Virus record (IMG/VR): IMGVR_UViG_3300045988_180980
From: a virus
Strand: one strand, 5' to 3'
Length of the DNA: 64,000 bases
This document shows, piece by piece, positions 1 through 9,379 of this stretch. The notes under the pieces are model-generated. The model was not told the origin of the DNA. It ran no database searches and saw only the letters and a program-made list of their open reading frames with translations. How positions within the stretch are numbered: the first letter of the stretch is position 1; every line of letters begins with the position of its first letter. The position numbers and the translations under genes are program-made.

Positions 1-1
1 C

Positions 2-463
2 GCCAACAACCCTCAGCGGATGCTGGCTAAGATGCGCGTGAACATCTGGCCTCTGAACGAGCAGTACAAGAACCGTGTGCGGCAATCGGCACAGGAGCGT
101 GGCAACACAAACGTGAACGTGCCTACGCATGAGATGCAGCTGTCCCTCTCCACCGAACACATCAAGACGGTGGTGAAGATGTTCCCCAAGCTCGTGGAGC
201 AGGTGAAGGAGGCCAACAAGGAACGCGACCCCGAGATTGTTAACCAGGACCCGACCGACGAGAGTTCACACCTCTTCAAGGCCATCCGCCAGCGCATGAA
301 CAAACGTCTGGCCATGCTCTATCAGCCACAGCCCACGCAGCCCTCGCCGTACCAGCAGCCCACGTATGCCCAGGCAGGAGCCGCCACCGGCTATGTGGCA
401 CCCGCACAGGGAGCAGAGCCCGACTTCGGAGGCTACAACCCAGAAGACGACCTTCCATTCTAA
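2..463 (+). CDS. 5'-truncated CDS; protein with SSB-type acidic C-terminal tail
   Basis: The frame is open to the left window edge. A Q/P/A/G-rich linker is followed by terminal ...NPEDDLPF, the tip typical of single-stranded DNA-binding proteins. The visible N-terminal part is not clearly an OB fold. Confidence 0.4.
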   Translation, partial: ANNPQRMLAKMRVNIWPLNEQYKNRVRQSAQERGNTNVNVPTHEMQLSLSTEHIKTVVKMFPKLVEQVKEANKERDPEIVNQDPTDESSHLFKAIRQRMNKRLAMLYQPQPTQPSPYQQPTYAQAGAATGYVAPAQGAEPDFGGYNPEDDLPF

Positions 464-484
464 CCCATAACAACAGATAAGAAA

Positions 485-1648
485 ATGAAACTACAGGCTA
501 TATCTTCAAAGGCGCTCTCGGCAGCGCTGGGAGTGTCTGCAAAATGTATGCAGAAGCGCAATGCCATGAGCATCCTCGACTACGTGCTGCTGAGCATGCG
601 GGACGGACGCTTTATGTTCACCACATCCACCACCGAGTCGCAACTCACCATCCCCGCACCCCTCACACTGACCAGCGGCACGTTCACGGCACCCGTGGCG
701 CTGCCCATCGGCAGCATCCTGTCCTTCCTGGGGGCTTTGCCCGACTGCGTTGTGAACATGACGCTGGAGGACAACCACTCCCTCGCGCTCGACTACTGCA
801 TGACGGTGCGCGAGCAGGTGAAGAGCGGTAGGGTGGTGCTGTCCTACATGGACGGCACCGACTTCCCGCAGATACCTGCCCTGGCACAGGAGGGGCAGAC
901 CAGCATCGTCCTGCCTGCGGCCGACTTTTTCGCCGCTGTCAACGACGCGCAAGCCTTCTCGTGCCGCGAGGAGGTGAAGCGCATCCTGAACTCGCTGTGC
1001 ATCGACATCTCAGAGGACCGCTCCACCTGTTACTTCGTGGCCACTGACACCCGCCAGCTGGTGAAGAAGACCTTTATGGGCAGCGACTTCTTCCGTGCAG
1101 GAAAACCCTGCAGAATCATCGTGCACAACCGCTTCTTCCGTGCTCTGTCTGCCTTTGCCGGTGAGGGAGACATCAGCATCGACACCGATGGCAACAACAT
1201 CCGCTTCCAGTCCGACGACACAGAGTTCGTGTGCAAGGCGCTGGAAGGCAAGTACCCAAACTACAACGCCATCATCCCCGTGGGCAGTCCGTACTATGCG
1301 GTGTTCGACGCCAAGGAGATGGCCGGTGCCATCCGGCGTGTGAGCATCTTCAGCGACAGCGCCACTCAGGCGGTGATGCTGCGCAGGGAAGGAGGCTGCC
1401 TGCTGGTTGAAGCCGCCGACACCATCAACGCATCGGTGGCAGCAGAGCAGGTCCTGCTGGAGGACGTGCAGTGCGAGGAAGGCTTCAGCATCTGCCTGGG
1501 TGCGCCCATGCTTCTCAACGCCATGAACACGCTGGACGGCGAGGTGCGCATGCTCTTCAGCAGTGCCGATAAGCAGGCGCTGTTTGTGGCCAACGAGCCT
1601 GTGGCTCCCGTACAGATTATCATCATGCCCATCAGGCGCATAGCATAA
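485..1648 (+). CDS. dnaN: DNA polymerase III beta sliding-clamp homologue
   Basis: 387 aa, which is clamp-sized. The N-terminus (MKLQ...ALSAALGV...ILDYVLLSMRDGRFMFTTSTTE) and the internal LEGKYPNYNAIIP fit the DnaN pattern. Confidence 0.75.
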   Translation: MKLQAISSKALSAALGVSAKCMQKRNAMSILDYVLLSMRDGRFMFTTSTTESQLTIPAPLTLTSGTFTAPVALPIGSILSFLGALPDCVVNMTLEDNHSLALDYCMTVREQVKSGRVVLSYMDGTDFPQIPALAQEGQTSIVLPAADFFAAVNDAQAFSCREEVKRILNSLCIDISEDRSTCYFVATDTRQLVKKTFMGSDFFRAGKPCRIIVHNRFFRALSAFAGEGDISIDTDGNNIRFQSDDTEFVCKALEGKYPNYNAIIPVGSPYYAVFDAKEMAGAIRRVSIFSDSATQAVMLRREGGCLLVEAADTINASVAAEQVLLEDVQCEEGFSICLGAPMLLNAMNTLDGEVRMLFSSADKQALFVANEPVAPVQIIIMPIRRIA

Positions 1649-1659
1649 ACAGTGCGGAT

Positions 1660-2295
1660 ATGGACGATACATTGCTTTTCATTCCGCCCTGCTGTGTGGA
1701 TAGGAAGCTGCCGCAGGCGGTGGTGCAGGCTCCGGCCAGGGCGCTCACGTTCTACACGCACGGCGATGTGACGATGGAGAAGTTATACCGTGCCATCGCA
1801 TTCCTCATCGAGGAGCCGCATGTGATGGTGCTTGCCATGCCCATTGTGCCTGCTGATGTGGCAGTGTTTCTGCAGCAGTGCTTTGAGCGCGGATGGATCA
1901 CCGACCTGGTGCTGTCCACCAGCCGCGACTGTGCGGTGCTCGTGGACAAGTATCTGTGCGACTATACCCGCCATGTGCTCTACACTCCTGCCGACGATGT
2001 GAGCGAGGTGTCTTCGCACCTCGTGCTGTACTCTGCCGGGCAGAGCATAACCATCAGCGGACCCATGTATGAGCGGGCATACCCTGTGAAGCTGGCGGGC
2101 TACTCCCTGGCGTTCTATCCCCACCACGGCCTGTTCACCGACAAGGCCGACTGGGGCAATGCCCTGCGCAACATCCTGTTCCCCGACGTGCTCCGTCACA
2201 GGAAGGTGGCGCTCGGCAAGCAACCCAAGCAGGTGTCGGCAGCGCTCGACAAGTTCCTGCACCTGGAGTTCCCGACATATAATAATGACATATAA
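1660..2295 (+). CDS. hypothetical protein
   Basis: 211-aa ATG ORF packed 11 nt after dnaN. I recognise no motif. Confidence 0.5.
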   Translation: MDDTLLFIPPCCVDRKLPQAVVQAPARALTFYTHGDVTMEKLYRAIAFLIEEPHVMVLAMPIVPADVAVFLQQCFERGWITDLVLSTSRDCAVLVDKYLCDYTRHVLYTPADDVSEVSSHLVLYSAGQSITISGPMYERAYPVKLAGYSLAFYPHHGLFTDKADWGNALRNILFPDVLRHRKVALGKQPKQVSAALDKFLHLEFPTYNNDI

Positions 2296-2316
2296 TAATA
2301 TAGAATAGCAATAGAT

Positions 2317-2631
2317 ATGAACATCCGACCTACCCAATCTTACACTGAACTGCGCCGCTACACCGAGAAATGGCAGTGGGACGACCCCCGCACGGGGCGC
2401 AGGACAACAGGCTACGTGCATCCACAGACAGCGCGGAACGTGCAGCGCATGCCGTTCTACATCAAGTTCCTCACCAAGAGCGGACATGTGGATGAGGGCA
2501 ACTGCGTTTGCCTGTCTGTTGATACCCTGCGCCACCAGCGGCGGGTACAGTTCGTGGAGAGCGGTGAGATAAGGGTGGTCAACGATGTCCTGGTGCTCGA
2601 AGTAGATGGCACCAGATTCATTACGCATTAA
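2317..2631 (+). CDS. hypothetical protein
   Basis: 104-aa ATG ORF, co-oriented with its neighbours. No motif recognised. Confidence 0.45.
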   Translation: MNIRPTQSYTELRRYTEKWQWDDPRTGRRTTGYVHPQTARNVQRMPFYIKFLTKSGHVDEGNCVCLSVDTLRHQRRVQFVESGEIRVVNDVLVLEVDGTRFITH

Positions 2632-2798
2632 GTTAATTATTACGTTGATTGTGGCCGTCTGACGGTCCGCGAGGATAGCGGCGGTGTTAGTTTTTCATAC
2701 AAAAGATACTTCATTTTTTTTAGGTTTTTAGAGGCTCCCACGGTCTGTGAAGATATAGGGAGTATTTGTTGAACATTAAACTATAAAACATATACATT

Positions 2799-3383
2799 AT
2801 GATTACAAGAACAATCAAGAGAATTTGGAATTTTATTCTCAGCGGTTTCAGTGGTCGTCGCCTGCAGAAAAGAATGCTGCAGGGATTTGCCGCGCTTGAC
2901 AGAATAGAGCGAAAAGGCCTTCTGACGTGGATTCGCGAGGGCAGATACCTCCTGCTCGAGCAACCATTTACCACTTCGATTCTCGCTACGGGAAAGAAGG
3001 GAGCCAAGAACATCTTCACGATGGTGGCTCTCTGGCAGAATTTCCACATCTTCCTGGAAGCTGCCGAGCAGATACGGCTCGAGACTGAACTTGCAGCCGT
3101 GCGCAAGGCAAAGAAGGAGCATCCCTCGTTGACCAATGAGGACATACGCCGCATACGCATGAATGCCCGCAACAACATGCCCGAACTGGACCCTGACAAG
3201 ATAGATTATGTCCGCGAGTTCGACCTGTTTGTCATCCGCTCGTCGGCACCCTCGGCACAGGATGCCACCGAGGAGAACGGGCAGCTGGTGGCACTCGGCC
3301 ATTTCGATGGCAAGGAACTGCAGATGGCCATGTATGAGGATGTGAAGTACAACCTGATGCGCGGTGAAGATGAAAATAATTAG
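2799..3383 (+). CDS. hypothetical protein
   Basis: 194-aa ATG ORF that follows an AT-rich intergenic stretch. No motif recognised. Confidence 0.5.
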   Translation: MITRTIKRIWNFILSGFSGRRLQKRMLQGFAALDRIERKGLLTWIREGRYLLLEQPFTTSILATGKKGAKNIFTMVALWQNFHIFLEAAEQIRLETELAAVRKAKKEHPSLTNEDIRRIRMNARNNMPELDPDKIDYVREFDLFVIRSSAPSAQDATEENGQLVALGHFDGKELQMAMYEDVKYNLMRGEDENN

Positions 3384-3633
3384 GAAAATCAGAGAGGCGC
3401 TCATCCACCTGCTTGGTGGCGTCACGCAGGGCGAGAACGAGTACGTGGGCAACATCATGCACGACCTGGGCCGATACAAGTGCCTGCGCGAACTGCAGGG
3501 GTATGCCGATGACCTCAACGGCAAGCCGGGCGACGAGTGGAGCCATGCGATGTACAGGCACATCAGCGAGGAGCTGTGCCGCATGGAGGGGCTGCTGCCC
3601 GATCCCGACGAGGAAGGAGCGCACCCATGCTGA
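3364..3633 (+). CDS. hypothetical protein
   Basis: 89-aa ORF that overlaps the previous stop by 20 nt, an operon-style arrangement. Confidence 0.4.
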   Translation: MKMKIIRKIREALIHLLGGVTQGENEYVGNIMHDLGRYKCLRELQGYADDLNGKPGDEWSHAMYRHISEELCRMEGLLPDPDEEGAHPC

Positions 3634-3830
3634 GAGAGGTGCGGATGTATGCCGTCGTGTGTGACCGATGCGGGCATGAACTGCACGACGGAGACATCAT
3701 AGCCTGGCCCGATGAGGAACAGGCTACCGCAGTGGCGCACCTCTCGGGCTGGGAGGAGGCGGCAGGCAAGTGGTACTGCCCCGACTGCTACACACACAGC
3801 GAAGATACCGGCGCATTGCGCCCCAGATGA
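3627..3830 (+). CDS. small zinc-ribbon-like protein
   Basis: The ATG at 3627 overlaps the preceding stop (ATGCTGA). The protein contains CDRCGHEL...YCPDCY, a CxxC...CxxC pair. Confidence 0.45.
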   Translation: MLREVRMYAVVCDRCGHELHDGDIIAWPDEEQATAVAHLSGWEEAAGKWYCPDCYTHSEDTGALRPR

Positions 3831-3855
3831 TAGTTATACAAAAAGAGAAAAGAAC

Positions 3856-4308
3856 ATGGAAAAAGAACCTATCACACAGATGGAGTTTGACCGCCGTATG
3901 GTGGCGCTCCGCGAACAGTATGCAGAAAAGCTGGCTTTAGTGAGGAATATCAGAGAGGGCATTCAGCGTGACAAGTATAGCATTCAACAGCAGATACACG
4001 AGTTGAAGGCGCAGTATATGAAGACCTGCTGTGACCTCCACGAGGCAATCCAGGTGGAGGCGAAGACAAGGAGGGAGGAAGCCGACTGCCGACGCGCACT
4101 CCTCGAAGCCTTCTACCACCAGCACAAGCCGCAGATGTACCAGCCGTTTGACAATCGTATGGCATATCATGTACGACAGTCGGTGCTGAATGCCCTGCGT
4201 GAGGCGCTGGACGGCAAGTGCGACACAACGAAAATTCAGTTCAATTACACCTTCGGCCCCAACGGCGAGGTGGAGTTCAAAACCGTTATTCCTGAGATAG
4301 AGATATGA
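3856..4308 (+). CDS. hypothetical coiled-coil protein
   Basis: In-frame ATG at 3856 (MEKEPITQMEF...). The sequence is heptad-like and rich in charged residues. Confidence 0.5.
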   Translation: MEKEPITQMEFDRRMVALREQYAEKLALVRNIREGIQRDKYSIQQQIHELKAQYMKTCCDLHEAIQVEAKTRREEADCRRALLEAFYHQHKPQMYQPFDNRMAYHVRQSVLNALREALDGKCDTTKIQFNYTFGPNGEVEFKTVIPEIEI

Positions 4309-4662
4309 AGTACGATGATTTCTGAAAGGGGCTGCAAGCCGTCTGCCCCGATGTTGATGCGGCCAGGGCGAAAAAACTGTGCGATGGTATGGTGGATGTT
4401 TTTGCCGACAACTACATGCAGGGAGGACTGACGTCCAGAGAGTTTTTGCTGGCCGTGGCTATTGCGGTTGTTCCTACGTTGGACATCCTGAATACCGACA
4501 GAGAAAAAGCCCTGGGTGCGCTGTGCGAGCTTCTGCACGCAGTAAGCAAATCTCTACCCAAACAGGAAAGCAAAGAGAACTGATAATATATATATGTGTA
4601 TATAGTGTTGATGGTTGCGAGCTGCCCGTGCAGGGCTGGAAGCAGCGCCCAATCGGGCAGCT

Positions 4663-4726
4663 CGTGTTAACGAAAAGCCGTTTCCTTAACATGTGCGCAG
4701 TGACGTGTTAACGAAAAGCCGTTTCC
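4663..4726 (+). repeat. two 23-bp direct repeats CGTGTTAACGAAAAGCCGTTTCC
   Basis: Exact copies at 4663..4685 and 4704..4726. The first can fold as GTTAACGAAA-agccg-TTTCCTTAAC. Confidence 0.8.
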
Positions 4727-4758
4727 ATGAACACAATCCGAATAAAAAAAGCAAGATT

Positions 4759-4968
4759 ATGATTGAAATGCCTACAGAGACAAAGATAAGAAGGAATGCC
4801 GTGCTCACCTTTGACGACGGAGAGCGGCAGGCAGTGACGCTCGACATCAAGCCATCTACGCGAGGCATGTGGCAGCACCAGCTTGAGCGCGACATCAGGC
4901 ACCAGCTCAACGCGGGCAGCGTGGGTTTGGTGCACAAGGTAGTGAAGGTGCATCTTATGCGTAACTAA
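4759..4968 (+). CDS. hypothetical protein
   Basis: In-frame ATG at 4759 (MIEMPTETK...), just downstream of the 23-bp direct repeats. Confidence 0.4.
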   Translation: MIEMPTETKIRRNAVLTFDDGERQAVTLDIKPSTRGMWQHQLERDIRHQLNAGSVGLVHKVVKVHLMRN

Positions 4969-4978
4969 GAGAGGTGGT

Positions 4979-5671
4979 ATGGGATTCAATGGAACGAAGA
5001 CACCGTTGAAGCCTACGGGCAAGGCAAAGTACCAGGTGCCGAAGCGTCGGCATCCAGAGCGCGGATATATGGAGTACTGCCTTGAGGGTGAGGTGAAGGA
5101 GAAGTTCTGCAAGCTGTTCCCCATACACTCCAACCGCCGCATGATGGAGTGGTTCGGCATCTCGTTCGCCACTCTCCAGCGCTTCAAGCGTAAACTGGGT
5201 CTGGAGAAGAACATGAAGGCGGTGCGCCGTGAGCAGTCACGTGACACCAAGCGGATATGTGAGGCCAACGGTTACTACGCATCGCTGCGCGGCAGGACAC
5301 CGTCTGAGGCCACGCTCGAGGGCACCCGCCGCTACAGGGCCACTCATCCGCATCCGCTGGAGATTCTGAAGCAGAAGAACATCCGCAAGTACCGCGAGTT
5401 CATCAAGCGGCGTTCCGAGAGGATGCGCGAACTGAGGCGCATCGAGACTCTGCGTGAGAAGTACGGCCTTGAGCGCAAGACGCGCTTCAGGTGCAAGACC
5501 ATTTCGCCCAATGGCAGTGCCCAGAAGCATCTGATGATAAAGCTCCACAACTACTTTGCCGATGCCGACCACGTGACCTGGGTGTGCTATGACAGTCAGA
5601 CAAGGCGCTCTCCCCGCATGGAGGCCACGGCCATGCGTCACGGACTAAGGCTGGTGGAGGGCGACGAATGA
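4979..5671 (+). CDS. basic DNA-binding-like protein (possible small terminase or regulator)
   Basis: 230 aa and very basic. It has an HTH-like segment MEWFGISFATLQRFKRKLGL and lies upstream of the large terminase. The function is inferred only. Confidence 0.35.
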   Translation: MGFNGTKTPLKPTGKAKYQVPKRRHPERGYMEYCLEGEVKEKFCKLFPIHSNRRMMEWFGISFATLQRFKRKLGLEKNMKAVRREQSRDTKRICEANGYYASLRGRTPSEATLEGTRRYRATHPHPLEILKQKNIRKYREFIKRRSERMRELRRIETLREKYGLERKTRFRCKTISPNGSAQKHLMIKLHNYFADADHVTWVCYDSQTRRSPRMEATAMRHGLRLVEGDE

Positions 5672-5685
5672 GTAACAGTTAAAAT

Positions 5686-6063
5686 TTGAAGGATATGGAT
5701 ATGGATATGGATAAGAAGAAGAGAGAACAGGGGAGGTTGGCAGTGTCGATGTTCCACGGCGCATGCACCATGCTTGCGACACTCGTCAATGAGCAGTTGT
5801 TCGAGGGCAGCCGCTCGTGGTACTGGGTAGCCGATGATATAGGGGGGCTGTGCGACTTTGAGGACAGCGACTTCCTGTCGCCCGAAGACATGGTGCGCAT
5901 CATTGAGCACCACCTGACCTACGACGAGTATGCCGAGTGGCGTGATGCCAATCTGGGAAAAGAGGAGTACATCAATCTCAGGTCGTGGCTCAAGGGAGCG
6001 CGGCATGAGATGCTTAATAACAAAAACAATTATGAAGACAAGGCAAGCGAAGAAAATAGTTAA
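5686..6063 (+). CDS. hypothetical protein
   Basis: 125-aa ATG ORF (MKDMDMDMDKKK...). No motif recognised. Confidence 0.45.
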   Translation: MKDMDMDMDKKKREQGRLAVSMFHGACTMLATLVNEQLFEGSRSWYWVADDIGGLCDFEDSDFLSPEDMVRIIEHHLTYDEYAEWRDANLGKEEYINLRSWLKGARHEMLNNKNNYEDKASEENS

Positions 6064-6283
6064 AGCAAGTTTTACTTACTTACGCTATTTGGTTGTAAAA
6101 AACCGCGCGAAGGAATACCGCCCATTGCCTTATTGGTCTCACGGCTTCCCGGATGCCCCGTATTGGGACATTGAAGCTTACAAAGAACGTGCTAATTCAC
6201 GTTTCCGCAAAGCCCTGAAGGTTACACGCAAGTTTGGCAAAATGGTTTATAAGGTTGCGTGGGGAGGCATGATAATCTATTAG
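6032..6283 (+). CDS. hypothetical small basic protein
   Basis: In-frame ATG at 6032 (MKTRQAKKIVK...), overlapping the previous gene by about 30 nt. The start site is uncertain. Confidence 0.3.
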   Translation: MKTRQAKKIVKASFTYLRYLVVKNRAKEYRPLPYWSHGFPDAPYWDIEAYKERANSRFRKALKVTRKFGKMVYKVAWGGMIIY

Positions 6284-6465
6284 AGGTAATATATTGAAGT
6301 AAGAAAAAGAGAATCGTAATTTTCATTCTTAGAACTTTTGGAGGGGCAGCCGTTGTGATAACGTCTGCCCTTCGTGGTGCTTGCCGGCGCGGATTTTCTG
6401 CGTGTACGGCTGTCCGTATCGGGAACAGGCTTTTTCTCATTTTTGCAACAGAAAAAGACAATACC

Positions 6466-8460
6466 ATGCAGCAAGCGCATAACATTTACTTAACCAAGTT
6501 CCAGCAACAATCGCTCTATATGGGAGCCAAAGACGAGCGGGTGATTGCTGCCCGCCGTGTGGGTAAGACCGACGGACTGGTGGCACCCTACGTCTGGACG
6601 GCAAGCAACTCCATGCCTGGTATGCTGGGTGCATGGGTGGCAGTGTCGCGTCAGCAGGGCTTCGGCAAGACCATTCCGAGCACGATGGCGGCCATGGAGC
6701 GTATGTTCGGCTTTACGCAGGGCATCCATTTCGGTTGGGGACGACCGCCCAAACATGCCCGCGAGAGCATCTTCAAACCCAAGAACTACGACAACTACAT
6801 CTGGTTTGCCAATGGTGCCGGATGGGTTCTTATATCCCTCTCACAGGTAGCCAGTTCCAACAGTTACACCTTCAGCGCTCTTGTGGGGGACGAAGCGAGG
6901 TTCTTTCCGCTAAAAAAGGTAACTGACGAGTTGCTGCCGGCTCTTTCAGGCCAGACGCATCCGTTGGGTGACATCAACTTTACGGAGTATAATCCGATGT
7001 ATAAGAGCACGCGCTTCCTCTCGGATGCTGCCCTTACAGCCAAAGGGTCGTGGCTCGAAAGGGAGGAGGAGAAACTGGACCTGACCGTTGAGACGGGTCC
7101 ATTCAAAGGCAAGACCTACAGATGGGTGCAGGAGCAGTTGGAAGATTATGCCAACAAGGTGATACGCTACAACGACCTGCTGTATAATGCCAAGAAGACG
7201 GGTCACTCGGTGCATGTGGTGCCGAAGGAGCTGCGCACGATGATCCGTGCCGTGGCTCTGAAGATGATGAAGCATGAGGGGCAGTTCAAGATTATGCCCA
7301 ATCACGGCCAACACGTCACAAAGGGTATGGTGGAGATGGCTGTCAACTATAAGCTCATTCCGCAGGACGATGCCGAACTGGTTTACGATTACGAATACCT
7401 TATCACGCCAGAAGAGGATTTTGAGATGCAGATGTTTCTGCGCTCAAAGAAGTTCTCTGAAGGCTATCTGCGTGAGCTGCGCCGTGTGGCTTTCTGTGTG
7501 CGCCGTGCGTCATCGCTCGACAATGTGGATATTCTGGGTGAAGACTATATCCGTCAGATGAAGCGTGACCTTCCTATCTACACTTTCGCGGTTTCCATTC
7601 TCAACAAAAAAATCCAGAAGACGAACGATGGTTTCTACTCCAACCTCGACATCGACCATGTTCACGGATATATCCCAGATGAAATAGACCCTTTATCATC
7701 TGCCAAATTTTCCACGCAAAAGGTGTCGGGCATCATCGGTGGAAGGAAAGTTACAAGCGAGAGCTACCAACCCGACTTCAAGGAATTGGGCGAGCGCAAC
7801 GACTCTCGCATGGACTCCGACTGCATCAACTCCCTTCCCCTGTATATAGCGATCGACTACAATGCCAATATCAATACGCTGGTGGTTGGCCAGAGGTACG
7901 AGCGTGACGGCATGGAGTGCTTGAACGTCATCAAGAGCTTCTACGTGAAGAACGAGCGCAAACTGCGTGAACTGATAGCCGATTTTTCGGATTATTACGC
8001 ACCGAAGCGAGCCATCAACCGCGACGTGACGTATTTCTATGATGCTACGGCCAAGCAGGGAGCCTCGTATGCTGCATCAGACGAGCGCTTCTACATGACC
8101 GTGATTGCGGAACTGGAGAAGCGCGGCTGGAACGTGACGGCCATAGATATGGGTGCTCCCGAGAAGCACGAGGTAAAACACAAGATCATCAACGACGGCT
8201 TGGCTCACCTCTCCTATCCTGCCATCCGCATCAACCAGGTGAACAATCCCGACCTTATCATTGCCATGCAGCTGTGCGAGGTGCAGATTTCATATAAGGG
8301 TTTCCATAAAGACAAGAGTCAGGAAAAGAAACCTGAGAGCGAGGACACGCTACCCCTGCAGCAGCGTACCGACTTCACGGATGCCTTCGATACGCTGTAC
8401 TTAGGTTGCAAGTTCTTCCTGGGCGGTGGCGGTTGGTTCGTGCTGCCGAGTGGAAGGTGA
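6466..8460 (+). CDS. terL: terminase large subunit
   Basis: About 664 aa from the ATG at 6466 (MQQAHNIYL...). It has a Walker A-like RRVGKTDG, a Walker B-like LVGDEARFF, and a C-terminal nuclease-like segment IAIDYNANINTLVVGQ. Confidence 0.8.
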   Translation: MQQAHNIYLTKFQQQSLYMGAKDERVIAARRVGKTDGLVAPYVWTASNSMPGMLGAWVAVSRQQGFGKTIPSTMAAMERMFGFTQGIHFGWGRPPKHARESIFKPKNYDNYIWFANGAGWVLISLSQVASSNSYTFSALVGDEARFFPLKKVTDELLPALSGQTHPLGDINFTEYNPMYKSTRFLSDAALTAKGSWLEREEEKLDLTVETGPFKGKTYRWVQEQLEDYANKVIRYNDLLYNAKKTGHSVHVVPKELRTMIRAVALKMMKHEGQFKIMPNHGQHVTKGMVEMAVNYKLIPQDDAELVYDYEYLITPEEDFEMQMFLRSKKFSEGYLRELRRVAFCVRRASSLDNVDILGEDYIRQMKRDLPIYTFAVSILNKKIQKTNDGFYSNLDIDHVHGYIPDEIDPLSSAKFSTQKVSGIIGGRKVTSESYQPDFKELGERNDSRMDSDCINSLPLYIAIDYNANINTLVVGQRYERDGMECLNVIKSFYVKNERKLRELIADFSDYYAPKRAINRDVTYFYDATAKQGASYAASDERFYMTVIAELEKRGWNVTAIDMGAPEKHEVKHKIINDGLAHLSYPAIRINQVNNPDLIIAMQLCEVQISYKGFHKDKSQEKKPESEDTLPLQQRTDFTDAFDTLYLGCKFFLGGGGWFVLPSGR

Positions 8461-8516
8461 GTTGTCGGCAGAGCGTGGAAGCTGGAAGAAAGTTGGTGCG
8501 AACTTTCTTCCAACTT

Positions 8517-8708
8517 TCACACCCCGTGCTGCAGCCGTATTCTTCGTGCATATCCCTTCTCCACCAACCCTTCCTCCGTCATCTCATTGCCGTCGGCATA
8601 CCATTTCCCGTTGACCAGCGTCACGGGACGGGTGAACGTGAGTGCGTGTTGCGCTTTGCTGCACCTCGTCAGTGTTTCCTCGAGGTACGCGATGAAGTTA
8701 TCTTCCAT
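8517..8708 (-). CDS. hypothetical protein
   Basis: 63-aa ORF immediately downstream of the methyltransferase on the minus strand. Confidence 0.4.
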   Translation of the reverse strand: MEDNFIAYLEETLTRCSKAQHALTFTRPVTLVNGKWYADGNEMTEEGLVEKGYARRIRLQHGV

Positions 8709-8719
8709 TGTGTATCGTG

Positions 8720-9317
8720 TCAGTTAAACCATTTCACTATTGTCTCGCCTTTGTACCCCTTCTCCCATACGAACCATGCGTAGGCCGCTGCGCTGCTGCC
8801 GTACCTGTCGAAGTCGCCATTCATAGCGCATTTCAGTCGTGACGAACTTACCCAAACGCGGATGGGGGGGGGGGGTAGATTTGAACAGCGCGTGTCGGGC
8901 TTTGCCTTCCAGGAAAGTCAGCTTCAGGAACATCGCCACCTTCTTACCTTCTGGAATGATGCTCAGAGCCTTCTCCACAAACTGCTGCGCATATTTGTAG
9001 GGCGGATTGGTAACGATGTTGCCGTCCCACGCCAAATTATCAATAGCGAGAAAGTCAGCCACCTCGCCATAACCTCTATCCACAAGGTCGCGGCTCACCA
9101 CCTCATACCCTGCTGCCTCCAACACCCTACTCATGTGACCCTCGCCACACGAAGGCTCAAGAATCCTGCCCTCAAACCGCTCCAGTTTGCACAGCCATTC
9201 CGTAGCTTTCGGTTCTGTGGCATAGTAATCCTCCCGCTGCCGTTCCGCGTCCGTATGATTGCTTGCGCCCAACGTCTTGAATACAGCGGCCGAACCGCCT
9301 ACCCAGTCCTTTACCAT
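8720..9317 (-). CDS. SAM-dependent DNA (N6-adenine-type, NPPY) methyltransferase, frame broken at a C12 homopolymer
   Basis: Motif I is ILEPSCGEG and motif IV is IVTNPPYKY. After the C12 run (8864..8875) the annotated frame turns into Arg-rich text. The frame reached by deleting one C reads ...AAYAWFVWEKGYKGETIVKWFN-stop at 8720, which looks like a genuine methyltransferase C-terminus. Confidence 0.75.
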
Positions 9318-9379
9318 TGTGAACCTCCTTTCTGCATTTAATTGAATAGTTCATATCTTTATGAATTTGTTACTCATTT

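Noticed and set aside
6355-6465. Upstream start for the large terminase (track ORF starts at 6355)
   Set aside because: The first 37 codons (MITSALRGACRRGFSACTAVRIGNRLFLIF...) look non-coding. The ATG at 6466 (MQQAHNIYL...) follows an AT-rich leader and gives a typical TerL N-terminus.
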